Shown piece by piece: positions 32,770 through 34,140 of a DNA stretch of 34,140 nucleotides. Both the position numbers and the translations under genes were made by a program. Location of the stretch: the NCBI GenBank assembly GCA_016184305.1, contig JACPCX010000134.1, positions 1 through 34,140 of the forward strand, in the 5' to 3' direction. The stretch's first letter is position 1. Each line of letters starts with the position of its first letter. The stretch comes from Candidatus Rokuibacteriota bacterium (GTDB taxonomy: Bacteria > Methylomirabilota > Methylomirabilia > Rokubacteriales > CSP1-6). The notes below the pieces were generated by a model. It worked only from the letters and a program-made list of their open reading frames with translations. It searched no databases and was not told where the DNA came from.

Positions 32770-34140
32770 ATGGCACCACGGGACGTTCTCGCCTCGATCC
32801 GGCGCGCGCTGTCAGGTGTTCCCCTGGTGCTGTCAGGTGTTTCCCTCATGCTCACCGCGCTCGGCCCGCCGATCGTCGTGGCGGCCGAGCGCGGCGCGTC
32901 GGCGCCACCGGCGCCGTTGCGCGACACCCCGGTCCTTCTCGCCGCGGCCGCCGATCCGCCCCCGAGCTCGATGGCTCCCGCCAGGCCTGGCAAGCCCGGC
33001 GCCGGGGGCGGCGGGGTGCAGACCGCCAGCGCCTCCAGCGGGGCCGTCACCCCCATGGCGACGTTCTCGCTGGAGTCCTTCCAGACGGACCTCTTCACGG
33101 GCGGGGCCACCTCCGAGATCGCCATCGCCGTGCCGCCCGGGGCCGCGGGCGTGGCCCCTGTCATTCGGCTCCGCTACAACAGCACGCCGATCGACGATCT
33201 GCTCCAGACCGACCAATGGCAGGGGCCGGGCCTGGGCTGGACGCTCGACCTCGGCGGCTTCATCCTGCGCAACACCGCGGACGATACGTTCCGGCTGGTC
33301 TACGGTGGCCGCGCCCACGACCTGGTGCTGGTGGACGGCCCCCAGAAGCTCTACCGTACCAAGGACGAGATCTTCGTCCGGCTCAAGTACGACACCTCGG
33401 GTGCGACGGATTACTGGACGCTCACCACCAAGGACGGCGCCGTCCACGTCTTCGGCCAAAACCCCGACAGCCGGGCCAATGCCTACCGCCCCGACCTCGT
33501 CACCCCGGCGGTCTACAAGTACCTCCTCGACGAGGTGAACACGCCGAGCGGAGTCGTCGTGCGCTATGCCTATGCCAAGCAGACGGCCATGGTGTACGGC
33601 ACCACGCGCGTCTACGATCGCGCCGTGTACCCGGACGTGATCACCTGGGCCTACGCGGGCGGCGGCGCGGTGGGCGCCACGCGCGAGGTGCGCTTCGTCC
33701 GGAGCGGCACGCGGGGGGACTACACGGACAGCAGCGCCGCCCAGGGGATGGCCTTCTTCGAGACCCAGCGCCTCGACGCCATCGAGGTGCGGGTGGGGGC
33801 GAGCCTCGTCCGCCGGTACGCGCTCGGCTACGACTACTCGGCGGATCGCGATCCCACCAGGACCTGGGACGACGGCACCCCGGGCGATCTCACGCTCCGC
33901 ACCGTGACGGTCGCCGGCAGCGACGGCACCGCCACGCTGCCCCCGGCCAGCTTCAGCTACACCAGCGCGCGCCTGAGCACGGCCACCAATGGCCTCGGCG
34001 CCGACGTCAGCTTCACCTACGAGCGGGTGCAGACAAGGCCGCTGTATTCGTCGTGCGAGGCCTACGTGACGGGCGAGTTCGGCAACGTGGTGGATTGCGG
34101 AATGTGGGCGCCGAGCCTCACGGTCGATCCCTACGGCTAC
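32770..34140 (+). CDS. SpvB/TcB-like N-terminal domain protein (RHS/YD-shell, toxin-like); 3' part outside the window
   Basis: Not in the track because no stop is reached. Open for 457 codons from ATG 32770 with RBS GGAGG: hydrophobic leader, Pro/Ala/Gly linker, then DLFTGGATSEIAIAVPPGAAGVAPVIRLRYNS...GLGWTLD...W.LTTKDG.VH.FG...YLLDEV..PSG..V.Y.Y...YP..I...RL.AIEV......VRRY.L.Y...L..V...G.DG..TLPP.SF.Y, the SpvB/TcB pattern. Confidence 0.85.
   Translation, partial: MAPRDVLASIRRALSGVPLVLSGVSLMLTALGPPIVVAAERGASAPPAPLRDTPVLLAAAADPPPSSMAPARPGKPGAGGGGVQTASASSGAVTPMATFSLESFQTDLFTGGATSEIAIAVPPGAAGVAPVIRLRYNSTPIDDLLQTDQWQGPGLGWTLDLGGFILRNTADDTFRLVYGGRAHDLVLVDGPQKLYRTKDEIFVRLKYDTSGATDYWTLTTKDGAVHVFGQNPDSRANAYRPDLVTPAVYKYLLDEVNTPSGVVVRYAYAKQTAMVYGTTRVYDRAVYPDVITWAYAGGGAVGATREVRFVRSGTRGDYTDSSAAQGMAFFETQRLDAIEVRVGASLVRRYALGYDYSADRDPTRTWDDGTPGDLTLRTVTVAGSDGTATLPPASFSYTSARLSTATNGLGADVSFTYERVQTRPLYSSCEAYVTGEFGNVVDCGMWAPSLTVDPYGY
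32808..32849 (+). repeat. 21-bp in-frame duplication in the leader of the RHS-like gene
   Basis: gctgtcaggtgttcccctggt / gctgtcaggtgtttccctcat, encoding LSGVPLV-LSGVSLM. Confidence 0.8.

Noticed and set aside
32625..33538. Track ORFs 32625-33164 (-), 32816-33538 (+) and 32833-33459 (-)
   Set aside because: Shadow frames of the SpvB/TcB-like gene that starts at 32770 in another frame.

Overview
Very GC-rich bacterial window. The gene mix (diderm TonB system, Tat-exported family-5 binding protein, TMTC-like TPR protein, DUF3047) looks like Methylomirabilota/Rokubacteria, but that assignment is inference. (1) 1-10555, minus strand: a corrinoid uptake/salvage operon, cobU-cobT-cbiA-btuF-btuC-btuD-btuB-cbiZ-tonB-cbiB, running off the left edge. 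It has a clear sigma70 promoter and two cobalamin riboswitches, one leading and one internal before btuB. A 47-bp tandem repeat between btuF and btuC forms a chain of ATGA-coupled mini-ORFs. (2) 10552-24553: TMTC-like TPR membrane protein, hslR, DUF3047, DoxX, a peptide/nickel-type ABC binding protein plus two permeases followed by a TPP-dependent E1 alpha/beta pair, cobS-cobC, an acyl-CoA carboxyltransferase, an ECF sigma factor fused to a hydrophobic helix and an extracytoplasmic-type domain, and aroQ. Several REP-like palindromes sit at gene junctions and supply start or stop codons. (3) 24662-34140: a cell-surface/secretion block with a PrsT-like TPR lipoprotein, a sigma54-driven PEP-CTERM-type protein, a frameshifted remnant of a paralogue, a frameshifted gspE, gspF, and the 5' part of a large SpvB/TcB-like (RHS/YD-shell) protein. 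That last ORF is absent from the ORF track, has a hydrophobic leader, and appears to lack the usual FG-GAP propeller. No rRNA, tRNA, CRISPR array or transposase was recognised. All calls come from motif recognition by eye; no searches were run.
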